DNA of 32,000 nt from Geobacter sulfurreducens PCA (GCF_000007985.2 NC_002939.5:270001-302000), one strand, 5' to 3'. Positions 16,423-28,900 are shown, counted from the first letter of the stretch. Made by a program: numbers and translations. Notes: generated from the letters alone by a model not told the origin.

Positions 16423-18583
16423 GCACTGCTCCTGAATGGTGAGGTGTCTTGGGACCCGCCTGCATTGCCTGGATCACGTCATTGGGAGCCCCGTCGGCTA
16501 CGATCTGTCCACGGCGCATGACGATCAGCCGGTTGGCGAGGGCCAGCAGGCGCGGGCGATGGGTCGCGATCAGTATGATGTCAGTTGGCCGCGTCCAGTT
16601 CTGGATAGCCTTGAAAACCCGTTCTTCCGATTCCATGTCAAGGGCTGCCGTGGGTTCGTCCAGCAGCCATACCCGCGGCTGCGCCATGAAAATCCTGGCA
16701 AGGGCCGTGAGCTGACGCTGTCCCCCGGAAAGTCCCTGCCCTCCCTCGCTGATTTCCAGCTCCATGCTGCGGGGATTGTCGGCCGCCAGCTTGTCGATGC
16801 CCAGGAGCTCTACGACTTCCAGCAGCCGCGAATCGCCCACCCCTCCGGCAAGGGCGATGTTGCTCCGCAGAGTTCCCTTGAAGAGGTGCACATCCTGAGG
16901 AAGGTATCCTACCCGCTCCATCAACACCTGCGGATCAAGCTCCCAGATGTCGGCGCCGCCGAGCCGCACCTGCCCCTCGCCCGCCTTGTAGAGCCCCGCC
17001 GCCACTTTGAGCAGGGTAGACTTGCCACAGCCGTTGGGGCCCATGAGTACCACCCGGTCGCCTGCCGCGAATTGGAGCGACCCCAACTGGAGGCGCACCA
17101 CGGGGGTGGCTGGGTAGGAAAAGCGGACCCCGTCCAGCTCCAGCCGATCGGGGAGGTTGTCCGGAACCAGAAGGCTCTTGTCCGCAGGACGGCTTGTTTC
17201 CATGGCGAGCAGGCGATTCACCATTTCGATGGCCTCGCGCACATGCTGCCATTGGACAAGAATCCCCACGCTCTGGGCCAACGGGCCGAGAATCTTGCCT
17301 CCCAGGATGGTGCAGGCGATCAGTCCGCCGGTAGTCAGGTGCCCCTCTTCGATCTGGATCACGCCAACCACTATTGCGCCCACGTAGCCGACCGTGCCGA
17401 GGGTTGCCGCAGTGGTCGTGGTCAGGCTTGAGATCAGCTTGCTCTTGAGCGAATAGCCGGCCATCGTGGCGGTGATGCCGCGCCAGGTGTCCGCGAACCT
17501 CCATGCGCTACCGCTGGACTGGATCGTCTCTGCGCCCTGGAGGGTGTCGACGAGGAGGCCGTGCCGCTCGTGCCCGCGCTGGATCTCAAGCCGGGCCAGC
17601 AGCCGTAGCTTCCTTTGGGCCAGCCAGCCGAGGAGGAGGGACACCGGCACGAGCGTGATGTAGACCAAGCTGACCTGGCCACCGATGCTGGCCACGATCG
17701 CAATGAACATCAGGCCGAAGGGAAGGTCAGTCAAGGCAAAGACGATGGTGGAGGAGAAGAAGTTTCGTACTGTCTCCAGGCCGTTCATCTGGGCGGCGAG
17801 GGAGCCGAGGCTGCGCGGGCGCCGGTCGAGTCGAAGATCCACCACATGCTCGAACAGCTTCTGAGACAGTGCCATGTCGACCCGCTTCGCCACGTCGTCA
17901 AGGATTCTCGCCCGTAGATACTTGAGCACCCAGTCGAACAGGACCATGATCCCCATGCCGACCACCATGGCGGTCAGGGTCGAGTAGGCGAACGTCGGAA
18001 CAACACGGTCGTAGACCTGCATCGAAAAGAGGGAAGTGGCAACCGCGAGCAGGTTGATGATGATTGTTGCGACGAATACCTCGACGAGCCAACGCTTCTC
18101 CTTGAGCAGCTCTGCCAAAAGCAAGCGGGAGGCGTTGCTCTGGAGGAGCTCGACGGCAGAGGCTTCAACCCGTTCCGCCTTGAGCCAGAGGACGATGGTG
18201 TCGGTCAAATCATTGGCGTTGAGGTGCGCGGAGGTTCCGTCGGCCGCGGTCAGGGTGATGGTTTCGCCTTCGCCCTGCTCGGCCAGCTGCCAGCGGCCGT
18301 TGCAGAGAACCAGGACGGGGAGATGACGGCGATCGAGGCGTTCCCAGCGAAGCTGCGCCACCTTCACGTTCTTCTGTTTCACCGCCAGCAGGATGCGCGA
18401 AATCCGCTCGGCCGGCTTGACATCGACCCCCTCGGGCTGGCTCGTCAGGCATGCCTGCTCCAGTTCGCCGGAAGCAACCGGCAGTCCGATCTTCAGCAGC
18501 AGGCGAGCGAGGACAGGGGCCTCGATCGGCGTTGCCAGGCTGTTTTCGCCGAAAATAACAGTCTCGTGCCCTTGGGGCCTCAT
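16415..18583 (-). CDS. Type I secretion system permease/ATPase (ABC exporter) with a ~140-aa N-terminal C39-like extension
   Basis: Six-TM exporter domain, Walker A GPNGCGKST, signature LSGGQRQ, Walker B VWLLDEPT, H-loop IATHR. The start ATGA overlaps the TolC-like stop, and its 3' end overlaps the HlyD-family start by 8 nt. Confidence 0.93.
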   Translation of the reverse strand: MRPQGHETVIFGENSLATPIEAPVLARLLLKIGLPVASGELEQACLTSQPEGVDVKPAERISRILLAVKQKNVKVAQLRWERLDRRHLPVLVLCNGRWQLAEQGEGETITLTAADGTSAHLNANDLTDTIVLWLKAERVEASAVELLQSNASRLLLAELLKEKRWLVEVFVATIIINLLAVATSLFSMQVYDRVVPTFAYSTLTAMVVGMGIMVLFDWVLKYLRARILDDVAKRVDMALSQKLFEHVVDLRLDRRPRSLGSLAAQMNGLETVRNFFSSTIVFALTDLPFGLMFIAIVASIGGQVSLVYITLVPVSLLLGWLAQRKLRLLARLEIQRGHERHGLLVDTLQGAETIQSSGSAWRFADTWRGITATMAGYSLKSKLISSLTTTTAATLGTVGYVGAIVVGVIQIEEGHLTTGGLIACTILGGKILGPLAQSVGILVQWQHVREAIEMVNRLLAMETSRPADKSLLVPDNLPDRLELDGVRFSYPATPVVRLQLGSLQFAAGDRVVLMGPNGCGKSTLLKVAAGLYKAGEGQVRLGGADIWELDPQVLMERVGYLPQDVHLFKGTLRSNIALAGGVGDSRLLEVVELLGIDKLAADNPRSMELEISEGGQGLSGGQRQLTALARIFMAQPRVWLLDEPTAALDMESEERVFKAIQNWTRPTDIILIATHRPRLLALANRLIVMRRGQIVADGAPNDVIQAMQAGPKTPHHSGAVHE

Positions 18584-19845
18584 TCGTTCCCTCCCGTGAA
18601 TGAATCAAGCTGTCCCAACCGGGCGGCCAGGCGGAGCGAGGCCTCCTCAAGGGAGCTTCGCGCCTGTTCGAGAGAAATTCTTGCTTCAGAAAATTCGCGC
18701 TGGGCATTCAGGACATCAACCCAGCTCTTGCGGCCGGCATCGTACTGTCGCAAAAATGACGCGAGGGTCTCTTCCGTTGACGTGACCAGCAGCTCGTAGC
18801 TACGAACTACCTGCCGGAGGCTCAGGATATCGGTTACCAGAGCCTCCGCCTGACGCCGCACGTCGTTCTCGGCTGCGGCAACCTCTTTTCGTGCCGCGTC
18901 TATCCGTGAGTCGGACGCTTTGACCTTCTTCCATCCCGAAAGGCCGAGCCCCTCGACACTCCCCTGCAGTACCACGCCGAAACGGGTTTCATGGGGTGTT
19001 TCGCCATATCTCTCGGCCACGTAGACGTTCTGCTCGACCTTCGCATAGAGGGCCGGCATCATTGAGGCAACAGCCAAGCGAGACGTGATCCGTGCATCCT
19101 CTACCTTGAGAATCCGCTGCTCCACTGTGGCGGAAGTTTTGACGATCATCTCCGCCATCCGCTCGGGCTCAGGCAGCTCCAGAAGATGGGCCGGGACGGG
19201 TTCGTTGCCGGCTACCGGCTGCTGGGTCAGAGCCAGCAGATCGCTTCGGGCGCGGGACACCGCCCCTTTAAGCTGGATGCGCTGGGCAATGGCCTGAGAC
19301 AAACGGGATTCGGCCAGCAGGATATCGGCGTTGGAGGCAACCCCTCCCTCAACTCGCCGGCTGACGAGCCCTTTAAGCTTTTCATGCTCGCCGACATTGA
19401 GTTCAGCCGCCTTCAGGCGTTGAAGCGCCCCTCTCAGCGTGGCGTAGGCCGCCGAGGTCTCTTCCATGACCCGGCGCCGTACGTCGAGCAGCGCAGCTCT
19501 GCCGATTCGCAGCCCCACATCCGCCTGCTCGATCCCGCCGTCAATGCGTCCGCCGACCCACAGCGGCTGCTGCACAACCGCTACGACCTGGTTCTGGTTG
19601 TTGGTCATGGTCTGGGCCTGGATGGTAAGCGCCGGATAGCGCTTATACTCGGCCGACTTCAGGTCCGAACCGAGAGCCTTCAGTTCGGCAACCTGACTTT
19701 TGATGGATGGATGACCGATCGCCGCGAAGTTCAGGGCCACGTCGAGTCCGTCCCCGGTCATCGGCGCCTCCTGGCCCCATGCGGTAGCGGCCAGACATAA
19801 TGCGCCGATGACCGCACCAAGCACCCGAGTTCTTACACTGCCCAC
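18580..19845 (-). CDS. TolC family type I secretion outer-membrane protein
   Basis: Signal peptide (VLGAVIGALCLAATAWGQEA) and a two-fold repeated helical/beta pattern typical of TolC/OEP. GTG start with AAAGGGA upstream. Confidence 0.9.
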   Translation of the reverse strand: MGSVRTRVLGAVIGALCLAATAWGQEAPMTGDGLDVALNFAAIGHPSIKSQVAELKALGSDLKSAEYKRYPALTIQAQTMTNNQNQVVAVVQQPLWVGGRIDGGIEQADVGLRIGRAALLDVRRRVMEETSAAYATLRGALQRLKAAELNVGEHEKLKGLVSRRVEGGVASNADILLAESRLSQAIAQRIQLKGAVSRARSDLLALTQQPVAGNEPVPAHLLELPEPERMAEMIVKTSATVEQRILKVEDARITSRLAVASMMPALYAKVEQNVYVAERYGETPHETRFGVVLQGSVEGLGLSGWKKVKASDSRIDAARKEVAAAENDVRRQAEALVTDILSLRQVVRSYELLVTSTEETLASFLRQYDAGRKSWVDVLNAQREFSEARISLEQARSSLEEASLRLAARLGQLDSFTGGNE

Positions 19846-19907
19846 GAAAATCCCTTTCTGTCATGCTCCCGCCTCGTCCAGGGGGAGTGCACTGATCCAT
19901 AAACAAG

Positions 19908-19940
19908 CAGGCTGCCCGCCCAGCCCGGACGGGCAGCCTG
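19908..19940 (-). terminator. Intercistronic hairpin between the giant substrate gene and the T1SS genes (candidate attenuator or partial terminator)
   Basis: CAGGCTGCCCG-N11-CGGGCAGCCTG: a perfect 11-bp GC-rich stem, followed on the minus strand by CTTGTTTAT. It lies 42 nt after the adhesin stop and 63 nt before the TolC-like start. Confidence 0.5.
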
Positions 19941-19981
19941 TTTATCCGGCCCGGCCCCTCAGTATTAGCAATTTCTGTTCC

Positions 19982-22900
19982 TTACCCTGCGACTCCATGC
20001 ACATTGGTAATGGCCTGGTTGATCAGCAGCTGGGTGTGGTCGGTGCCGTTGGTGTACACATCATAGGTCACGCTGCCGTCGGTGTAGGTGTCGGCGGCTC
20101 CGTGGCTCCAGTTGGTAATGTCGGCGATGATGACCTCATCGTCGGCGTCACCGTCCACCATCAGCTGGTGGAACGGCTCCGAGCCGTTCGCCAGGATACT
20201 GAACAGGTTCTGGTCCTGGTGAAGAAGTTCCGCCGTGGTGAGGCGAAGGGTATTGCCCTCGCCCCCCAGGTCGATCTTCTCGATGCCACTCATGGCATCG
20301 TTTGCCACGAGCGCGACCAGATCAAATTCTTGGCCCGCGGCGTCGAACAGGATGGTGTCGAAGCCGAGGCCACCGTCCACATGCGCCCCATCCGTCACTT
20401 GGAGATGGAGCAGATTGTCCATGGTCAGATGGATGACATCGTCGCCGGCGCCGGAGTTGATCGTGTCGGCGGTTGCCGCGGCATGGATGACGTCATTCCC
20501 GTCACCGGCCACGTCGTCACCGCGGATAGCGCCGGTAACCGGGGTGCTGTCGATGTTGATTCCACTGCCGGACAGCGTTACCTGGAAGAATTCGTCCGGC
20601 TCGACGATGTCGTCGCCGTTCACCGTCAAGGTCAGAAGACGGCTGTTCTCTCCGGCCCCCATTTCGAAGGACCCGGTAAGGGGAGACATGAAGTCGGCGC
20701 TGTCGACATCTCCGCTGACGGCGTAGTTGAGCGTTATCGGCGCGTCAATGTTGCCGGAGCGGAGCACCTGATAGGTATAAACGGTCTGGGTTCCGGACGC
20801 CCCTTCGTGGCGGTCCACGTCGAGGCCGATCAGCACCACCCCGTCATCGTCGCTCAGGATAGTGGCTGAGGCTTCGCCGGCATTGGGCGCGATACTGACG
20901 CCGGAGCCAGGATTGCGCAGACGGACACTGAACTCTTCGTCCACTTCGGTCAGAGTGTCACCAGCCACTTCAACCGTGATGGTTTTCGACGACTCGCCCA
21001 CAGCGAAGGTCAGGGCGCCGCCGGGGAAGCTGTTGCCTGCGAAGTCTCCGGCAACGGTCTGATGTCCCCCGCTGCCGATTACGTCCCAATCGATGGTTGC
21101 CGAGGTGTCCAGAGCACCGGTGCGGGTTACCTGGAAGCTGAACGTCGTCGTGCCGGCATTTCCTTCCAGCTTGGCTGTGTCGAGCGCCGTGATGGCGACC
21201 TGGGAATCATCGTTGCGAATGACGCCCGTAGCATCGGCGTTAATGAGGTTGGCTCCCGCGGGATTGGAGAGGAGCACGCGGAAGGTCTGATCCTGACCAT
21301 AGGTTTCGTCCCCCGCCACCTGAATGGTGATGTCTTTCACGCTTTCGCCGTCGGCAAAGTACACCGTCCCCGAGGGGAGGATGCCCCCTGCGAAATCGTC
21401 GGCACCCGCAGGGTAGCTCCCGGTGCCGGCTACGGCCCAGGAGACCGATGCGGCTCCGTTGGCCAGGCCGACCCGTTCGATCCGGAAGGTGAAGTCGGTG
21501 AGACCGTTGTTGCCTTCCGCCTTGTCGGCATCGAGAGCCGTGATCGAAATGCCGGTATCGTCGTTGGCAATGATGGTTTCTGCGGTCCCTTCCAGGATGG
21601 TGGCGCCTTCGGGGTCCGAAAGCACCAGGGAGAATGTTTCGTCATATTCGCCAACTGCGTCGCCGAGGACGGTCAGGCTGATCTGTTGCGTGCTTTCACC
21701 CGGCTGGAAGGCGACCGCACCCGAGGGGAATATCCCGCCGAAGTCAGCCGCGTTGGCCGGCCGGAGGCCGCTGCCCGTCACCTCCCAGAGGGCGCTGGCA
21801 GCGCCGGAAGTGTCCCCGCTGCGGGTGACGGTGAAGGTGAAGGTGGTTTCGACGCCGTCCGCTCCCTCGGCCACCGACACGTGGTCGGCCCTGACGAACA
21901 GAACGGCGTCGTCGTTGCGCACCGTTGCCGTGACCGGCGCTCCCACCGTGGTGGAGCCATAGGCCGGGTTGGCAAGAGATACGCTGAAGGTTTCATCGTA
22001 TTCGCCGGTGGTGTCGCCGGCGACTTCCACGGTAAAGGTCTTGCTTGTTTCGCCGTCAGCGAACGTGACCGTGCCGGTCGTGGCCAGCAGGTCGTCCTGG
22101 TCGGTCGGGTGCGCACCGCTTCCCGCAGCAATCCATTCTACGCTGGTGGCACCGGTGGCGGTCCCGGCGCGGTCGATGCGGAAGGTGTAGATGGTGGCCC
22201 CGGAGTTCCCTTCGGCATGATCGGCGGAGACAGCCGAAAGAGTCAGGGTGTCGTCATCGTCGATGATCTGGCCGGAGACGTTGTTGGCCACGATATCGGC
22301 ATGATCGCTGGCGCCCGACAACTGCACCGTGTAGGTTTCGTTTCCTTCCCAGGCGCCGTCGCCGGCCAGATCGATCGTGATGGTCTTGCTTGATTCGCCG
22401 GCCCCGAACACCACGGTTCCACCCGGCAATTCCCCGCCGGCAAAGTCTGCGGCCGTTGCCGTGCCGGCAACGACATTCCAGTTGACACTGGTTTCCACGC
22501 TCAGATCGCCGCTCCTGGTGACCGTAAAGGTGGCATGCCCGGCGGTGCTGCTGTCGCCTTCCGCCACGTTGGCGTCTGCAGCGGCCAGAGAGAGGTCCAC
22601 GTCATCGTCGTGGATGATGCCCGAGGCCGTTGTGGCAGTATCGTCGACCGTGCTTCCTGCGCCCGGGTTATAGAGTTCGACACTGAAACCTTCATCTCCT
22701 TCCAGGTTGCGGTCGCCGCTGACCAGGACGGTGAGGGTGGCGGTATCCTGGCCGTCCGCAAAGCTGACCGTGCCGGTGGTGGCGACAAAGTCGTCGGCTG
22801 AGGTGTCGCCGTGCACGATGCGCCAGCCCACGGTGGATGTGCCGGTCAGGCTGCCCGTCCGGGTGACGGTGAATGTGAAGGGGCTGGAGCTGTCCGTCCC

Positions 22901-25900
22901 CTCGGCATGGTCGGCCGAGAGGGGGGCAATGGAGATCACGTCATCGTCATTGACGATAGTGGCGCTTGCGGTCTGCTCGGCATAGCTGTGAGTCAGGCCG
23001 TTGACGGGAGCGGCCAGCGTCACGGAGAACTCTTTGTCGGCTTCCAGCAGGTTGTCGCCCGCTATCTGCACGACGATGTCCTGGCTTGTCTGTCCCTGGG
23101 CAAAGACCAGGGTCCCCGACGGGAAGAAGCTGCCCAGGAAGTCGTCGGCATCGGCGGGATTCGTTCCGCTGCCGGCAGTGCTCCAGTCCAGCGTGGTGGC
23201 CGAGAGGCTGCCGGTACGGGTAACCCGGAAGACGTAGCTGCTCGCGCCATCACCTTCAACAGCGGGAACGCTCAGGGGGGAGACCGTCCACTCTACGTCG
23301 TCGCTGACAATGGTGCCGGTGGCGCTGCCGATCACGATATCGGCGCCGGTGGAAGCATTGGAGAGACTTACGGTGAAGCTTTCATCGCCTTCAATCGCCG
23401 TGTCGCCGGCCACATCCACGGTAATGGTCTTGCTCAGTTCGCCGGCGGCGAAGCTCAGGCTCCCCGAGGGAAGCGTTCCCCCCGCGAAGTCGTCGGGGTC
23501 CGTGGCGCCCGCAGCCAGCGACCAGTCAACGGTGGCCTCAAGTGCGGTGTTGCCGGTGCGGGTCACGGTGAAGGTGTAACTGGTGACGCCGTTGGCTCCT
23601 TCCGCCCTGCCGGCGTCGGTGGCACTAATGCGCAGTGAGGCCTCGTCGTCGATGATGGTGGCGTCGGCTGAGTTGTGGGTGAACACCACACCGTCCGGAC
23701 CGGTGAGGGTGAGGCGGAAGTTTTCGTCGGCCTCGCCCAGGTAGTCCCCCTTGACCGGAACGCTGATTGTCTTGCTGGTCTCGCCCGGGTCGAAGGTAAC
23801 CGTTCCGGTGGTGCTGTCGAAGTCCGAGCCGGATGTGCCATCGGCGCCGATACCGGCCACGCTCCACGTGAGGGTCTGGGAGCCGCTCAGGTTGCCGCTG
23901 CGTGTCACCACGAAATCGAAATAGGTGGTATCCCCCGGATTCCCTTCGGTCTGGGAGGCCGGTGCCGCTACGTCGAAGACGATGTCGTCGGCCAGTATGC
24001 TCCCCGTTGCCGTGTCGGTGGTGATGGTCACCCCGCTGCTCGGGTTGCTGAGGGTAACGGTGAAATCCTCGTCAGGTTCGCCGGAGAGATCGCCGCTCAC
24101 GTTGATGGTCAAGGTAGTGGTGGCCTCGCCGGCGGCGAGGGTCAGGGTGCCCGTCGTGCCGTTGAAATCAGTGCCGTCGGCGGGATGGGCCCCGGAACCG
24201 GCGACGGAGTATTCGACCGTTTCCGCCTCGCCCAGGTAGCCGGTACGGGTGATGGTGAAGGTGTAGGCGGTCGTGCCGCTGTTGCCTTCATTCTTTACCG
24301 CGCTGTCGGCCGCGATGGCGATGGTCGAATCATCGTTGGCGATCGTGGAGCCGGCCGAGCCGGTGATGATCGCGCCGCCAGCTGCGTTAGACAGGGTGAT
24401 GGTGAACGATTCGTCGGCTTCGACTACCTCGTCGCCCACAATCTCGATGGTGATGGTCTTTGCGGACTCGCCGTCGGCAAAGGTGATGGTGCCGGAGGGA
24501 AGGCCGCCATTGGACCCGAGGCCGTCCGCCGTGGTGAAGTCGGCGGCCGACGCGCCGGCTGACGAGAGAGCCCAGTCGACCGAGGCTGCGCCCGTCGTGT
24601 TGCCGGTACGGGTTACGGTGAAGGTAAACGGTGTTGTGCCGCTGTGTCCTTCCTGCTGGTTCGTCTGATCGGCAGCGATGTAGATCGCGGCGTCATCGTT
24701 CTCGATGGTGCCGGTGGCCGTGGCCTGGGTGATGGTGTCGCCGGTGGTGCCGGCCCCCAAGGCGATGCTGACGGTATATGACTCGTCGGTTTCCGGCGTG
24801 GCATCGCTGCTGGGGGAGATGGTGATGGTCTTGCTCATCTCGCCCGGCGCAAAGGTGACGGAGCCGGAGGGGAGCGAACCGCCGAAGTCGGCTGCACCAG
24901 CTGAGCCGGCGCTTACCGACCAGGTGATGGTCTGGCTCTGTGCCGTGTCGTTGGTGCGAGTGATGGTGAAGGTCTGGCTGCCGCTTTCCGGCGAGCTGGC
25001 AGCGTCACCGGCTATGGCGAATGAGGAGTCGTCGTTCTTGATGGTGCCGGTTGCGCTGATGTCGATGGCCTCATCGACCCCCACCAGGTTTGACAGCAGG
25101 ATGGTGAAGGTCTCGTCGGCCTCCGGCGTGGCATCGCCCGCCACTGTCACCGAGATGGTCTTGCTGGTCTCGCCGGCGGCGAAGCTGACCGTGCCGGTGG
25201 TGGCGCCGCTGAAGTCGCCAGCGGTGGTGGTGCCGTGGTAGAGGGTCCAGTTCATGGATGACGTGCCGCTGGTGTCACCGGAACGGGTGATGGTGAAGGT
25301 CATGGTCTGGTTGGCATCGCTTTCCGTCAGGGTGCTGTCGGCAATGCTGATGCCGGTATCGTCGGTGACAATGGTCAGGGTGCTGCTGGCCACGCTCTGG
25401 CTGTTGGTGATGGTGGGGGAAGAACTGGTCAGCACGTCTTCGTAGAGCACCACCCGGAAGGTTTCATTGTTCTCTGCGACTAGGTCTCCCCTGATTAGCA
25501 CGCTGAACGTCTTGGTGAGTTCGCCGTTGGCAAAGCTGACCGTGCCGCTGGGCAGGCCATTGTTGGTACCGAGGAGATCGGTGCTGGTGAAGTCGGCACT
25601 GTCTGCCGGGGTGCCCCCCACCGCCTCGACGCGCCAGCGCAGCTGGGCTGCGCCGGTATAGCCGGTGCCGCCGCGGGTGACATCGAATGAGAAGGTCTGG
25701 CTGGCTCCCTGGTCGGTTTCCACCAAGCTGGTGCTGGCCGGCGTCAGGGTGTAGGTGGTGTCGTCGTCGTAGACGGTGCCGCGTACGTCCAGCGTGGTGG
25801 CCGGCGAGTTGTAGCTGCTGGTGTAATCGGCGTAGTAACTCTGGAAACGCACGCTGGAGCCGGCGCTGTCGCCGGGGGCGGAAAGGCGCAGGGTAAAGGT

Positions 25901-28900
25901 TTCGTTTGCCTCAACCGTGGTGTCGTCGGTGAGCAGGTCGGCCAGGGAGATGCTGTAGGTGTACTCGCCGTAGGCGCTGCCCTGTGCGGCAAGGGTAAAG
26001 CTGCCGCTGGTGGTGGTGAAGTCGCCGTTTGTGGTGGTGCCGTTGATCAGGGTGTAGTTGACGACGATGTCGCAGTCGAGCCGGCCGTAGCGGTTGACCG
26101 CGAAGGTCAGCGGGTTCCCCTCGTAGGCGCTGGTCTGCACATTGGTGTAGTAGCCGTTGGCGTCGCCGCTGTAGGTGTCCCACCCACCGACCCAGAGGCG
26201 GATGTCGTCGTTCTTCAGGGTTGTGGTGACGCTGGCTTGGGCGTTGTTGATGTCCGCCGGACCGTAGAAGTCGGTATAGAGCGGCCCGTGTTCGGCGTCG
26301 TCCGGGTCCAGCACGGTGAAGGTGAGTGTCTTGTCAGACTCCACGTAGCGGTCGCCGGTGAAGGTAACCACAACGTTTTTGCTGGTTTCTCCGGCGGCGA
26401 AGGTGACCACGCCGTAGGTGGTGTTGGAAGTGTATTCATTTACGCTGGCGGCATCACCGCCATAGGTCAAAATCTCTGCGCTGTTGTTGGCGCTACCCCA
26501 GTTGATGCCGCTGCCGTCAAGTCGCCAGGCCACGGTAGTGGGGTAGTTCAGGCTGCCGTCCCGGCCGCCCTGGTCGGTGCGGGTGATGGTGAAGGTGACG
26601 CTGTTGCCGGTGGCCGAATCGTTGGCGCCGGTCCCCTCCCAGGTGGTGCTGCTGCCGACCGAAACGCCAATCAGCGGGTCCGATTCGTTGTCGTAGACCC
26701 TGGCGGTATCGGTGTAGCCGGTGGACGCGGTCTCCTGGTCGTGGTTGCCTTCGCCGGCATTGACGTTGGTGGCGTTGGAAAGGACGATGGGCAACTCCTC
26801 CCGCCAGGTTTCGGTCCAGCTGTCATCGGTGGTGACCACGGTGATGGTCTTGGTTGTCTCGCCGTCTTCAAAGGTCAGGGTCCCGGACCAGGTGAGGGTC
26901 CCTGCATTGTAGGTGGCGGTACCGTTTGAGGGGGTGACGCTGTCGATGTCCGAAGGATCCAGCTTGTACCACGTGCCGGTAGAGTTGTTGCTTTCATTGG
27001 TGGCTTCGGAGCCGGGCAGTGCCAGGGACCAGTCCACGGTGTCGGTGCCCCGGCTGTCGCCACTGCGGGTGACGGTATAGGTGAGAGTTCCCCCTTCCAC
27101 CACATCGTTGACCGATGCGTCGAAGCGGGTGTCGTCGTTGGTGATGATGCCGTAGTTGTACTGCGGATAGCTCACGGTGTCGTAGGTATAGATCGAGGAG
27201 CCGGCGCTGGGGTTCTCGAGGAAGATGCTGAAATACTCGTCGTATTCTCCAATATCGTCCACCTTGGTGTAGAACTTGATGTAGGCCCACTCTTGGCCGT
27301 CGGCAAAGGTGACGGTGCCGGATGGGAGGGCGCCGGCGGTGGTGATGGCGGTGATGTCGCCGTTACCGTCACGGGTGATGGTGAGGAAATCGTCCGCACT
27401 GACCGCTGCGTTGTAGTACGTGCCGATGCGCCAGCCCACGCTTGCCGTTCCTGCAGTGGCAACCTGGCGCTGCACGGCGAAGATATGCTCGACATAGCCG
27501 TACTCCACGCCCTCAATGGTGACGGTGGTGGCGCCCGCACCGCCGTCGGCCGGCGTATCGCCTTCGACGCGCGTGCGCAGCCCGTCGCCCGGGTTCAGCG
27601 TCTGTACGCTGGTGCTGGCCACTTCGCGGTCGCTCAGATAGTAGACCGCTTCGTCCCGTTCGATGGAGGAGAACAGGTAGTTGGTGTTGCTGGCGACACC
27701 GTTGGTGGCGCTGCTGACCTGCTGGCCGTCATAGTAGGTCCGGTACGGGGAGTAATAGGTCCTGGCGAGTTGGGTCCCCGTGCCTTTGGTCGGATCGTCA
27801 TAGATCACGGTAACTTCGTCATAGCCGCTGCTGGCGGTCAGGTTGACCGCGAACCATTCGTCGTCTTCCGGTGTATCGTCGCCCGTCACCGTGACCGTGA
27901 AGCTGGCGTTGGTCTGGCCGGCCGAGAAACTGCCACTGCCGCTCAACGATCCGGTGAAGTCCGAGGCATTCGCCGTCACCGTCTCGTACCGCGACTGCGT
28001 ATTGTCATACATGTAGGCGGGGTTGCCGGTGTAGGGGTCGGTATAGCCAACCGCCCAGCTGTAGTTCGTGGTGCCGCCGGTGTAGCCTTCACGCGCGATG
28101 TTGTAGGTGTAGGTGGTGTTGTTGCCCGCGGTTTTTTCAGCCTGGCTGTAGTCGGCGGCACTCAGCACCAGCCGCGTATCGTCCTCGAGAATGGTGCTGG
28201 TATAGCTGGTGATGTTGCCCAACGCGCTGCCTGAGTTGGGGTTGGAGAGCTGGATGGAGAAGGTTTCGTCACCTTCGACGCTGCCCACGCCGGTATCACC
28301 GTAGACGTAGACCACTATGGTCTGGGTGGCGACACCGGAGGCGAAGGTCAGGGTCCCGCTGGGGGTTAGGTTTGAGCCAACGCCATTAGTGAAGTCAGCG
28401 CTGCTGGTGGTGCCGTGCACCACGCTCCAGTCCACCGTGCTGGTCTGGTTGATGTTGCCGGTGCGGGTCACCGTGTAGGTCATGGCCTTGCCGGTGCCGT
28501 GGAGGCCGTCTCCTTCGAGAAGGTTGAACGTGCCGGCGGTGATGTTGAGTTCGGCGTCGTCGTTGCGCACGATACCATCGGCACTGGCGGTGATGACTTC
28601 GGTGCCGGCTGACGGATTGGAGAGTACGACGCGAAGGATCTCGTCAGTCTCCTTCGCTGAATCGGTGGCGATGTTGACGGTCAGCGTCTTGCTGATTTCA
28701 CCGGCTGCAAAGGTGACTGTGCCACTGGGCAGGCCACTGTTGTCTCCGAGCAGGTCCTGCGAGCCGACACTGCCGAAGTCCACGGCGTCGACACCCACCC
28801 CTTGGGCTACTCGCCACTCCACTGTACTGCCGTGGGTCGTGTCACCGGTGCGGGTGATGGTGAACGTGTACGGTTGGGCGCCGACCCCGTAAGCCGGGGC

